64,000 nt of DNA, taken from contig DATKTA010000023.1 in NCBI GenBank assembly GCA_035531395.1, forward strand, positions 282,783 to 346,782, in the 5' to 3' direction. The DNA is from Bacteroidales bacterium (lineage in GTDB: Bacteria; Bacteroidota; Bacteroidia; Bacteroidales; VadinHA17). Below the pieces are notes generated by a model that did not search any database, was not told where the DNA came from, and saw only the letters and a list, made by a program, of their open reading frames with translations. Below, one piece after another: positions 63,365-64,000 of this stretch (its first letter is position 1; each line of letters opens with the position of its first letter). The translations under genes were made by a program, and so were the position numbers.

Positions 63365-64000
63365 AATTTGTTGCTACTGAAAAATAACTGAAACATTCCT
63401 GAGGTTTAAGCTATTATGTATATATGCCCCAATTAGCTAGGGAGTGTGAAATGATGGATTTTGGAGGATTGTGGAAGCCGACAGATGTACTTCAAAATGA
63501 AAGTGACCTCTCAGCTTTCATGTTTTTGATTAGGTTACATTTGACCGTTCTGTAAGATTTATCTGATTTGTGATTTCGTCCCACCTTCCCCTCTATAATC
63601 TGGGATTATCCTCCCCTATTTTTCTATATCAAAATATTATTCCCCCCTATACTTATGTCGAGATTGCATAAGAGTTTAGGTTTATTCCTCTTTAAAACCC
63701 GATTAATCAGTGAGTTGGGGCACTTTACCGACATAGTATTAATTTAAAAAAATATACACATGGCAGTCAAGATTATTGATTATCGCAAACGAGAGAACAA
63801 AGATGGAGAAGAGTTCTTCGCTTTGATTATCGAAGGAGGTCTCGAAATGGTCAAATCCAGAATTACAGGCAGGTACTATATTATTGATATAATAAAATTA
63901 ATTTATGCCCATCATTATTAGTAATAGAGAGGCACTTCCAGATTGAAATGGCTGAGCTAAAACCTTATTTTTAACCCGATCCCATATCCCACAGCTGAAC

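Noticed and set aside
1-64000. Search for CRISPR arrays, retron/DGR reverse transcriptases, toxin-antitoxin pairs, restriction-modification or other defence hallmarks, transposases and integrases
   Set aside because: I saw no regularly spaced direct repeats. I also saw no nuclease, ATPase, RT, TIR, SIR2, methyltransferase or recombinase motifs in any ORF-track translation. This reading cannot exclude highly divergent systems among the hypothetical proteins.

Overview
This is a gene-dense, AT-rich chromosomal segment that looks like Bacteroidota. The evidence is many lipobox or Sec signal peptides on glycoside hydrolases, a PadR/PspC module, a TonB-dependent receptor remnant, and one TAnnTTTG-type -7 box. 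I support about 50 CDS, one tRNA-Asn(GUU), one truncated tRNA-like copy, a few intrinsic terminators and several small repeat or hairpin elements. I saw no rRNA, CRISPR array, transposase, integrase or recognisable defence-system domain.

About a third of the genes are glycan-active:
- GH95-like (partial), GH78 and two GHL6-like proteins
- a clan GH-A enzyme, GH116, GH20 and GH92
- GH89, GH18, a clan GH-D-like enzyme and GH2
- an AGE-like (alpha/alpha)6 protein, a beta-helix protein, a CBM9-like protein and other uncharacterised exported proteins

Despite this, there is no intact SusC/SusD pair and no dedicated glycan regulator.

The most interesting candidates are:
1. A GH89 (NAGLU-type) gene lies divergent from an operon led by an HGSNAT-type polytopic acetyltransferase. 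That operon continues into exported versions of normally cytoplasmic enzyme families: a Tat-signal enolase-superfamily protein, a CN-hydrolase, an esterase and a VOC protein.
2. A compact four-helix-junction RNA-like structure sits in the leader of an uncharacterised secreted-protein gene.
3. Inverted paralogous outer-membrane barrel genes bracket a PspC-PadR-PspC module.
4. A 5'-truncated tRNA-Asn copy and odd non-coding DNA lie next to the intact tRNA-Asn at the window end.

All functional calls come from motif reading of the translations. No database search was possible. Several ORF-track N-termini start at TTG or GTG, and I trimmed them to downstream ATGs that expose signal peptides.
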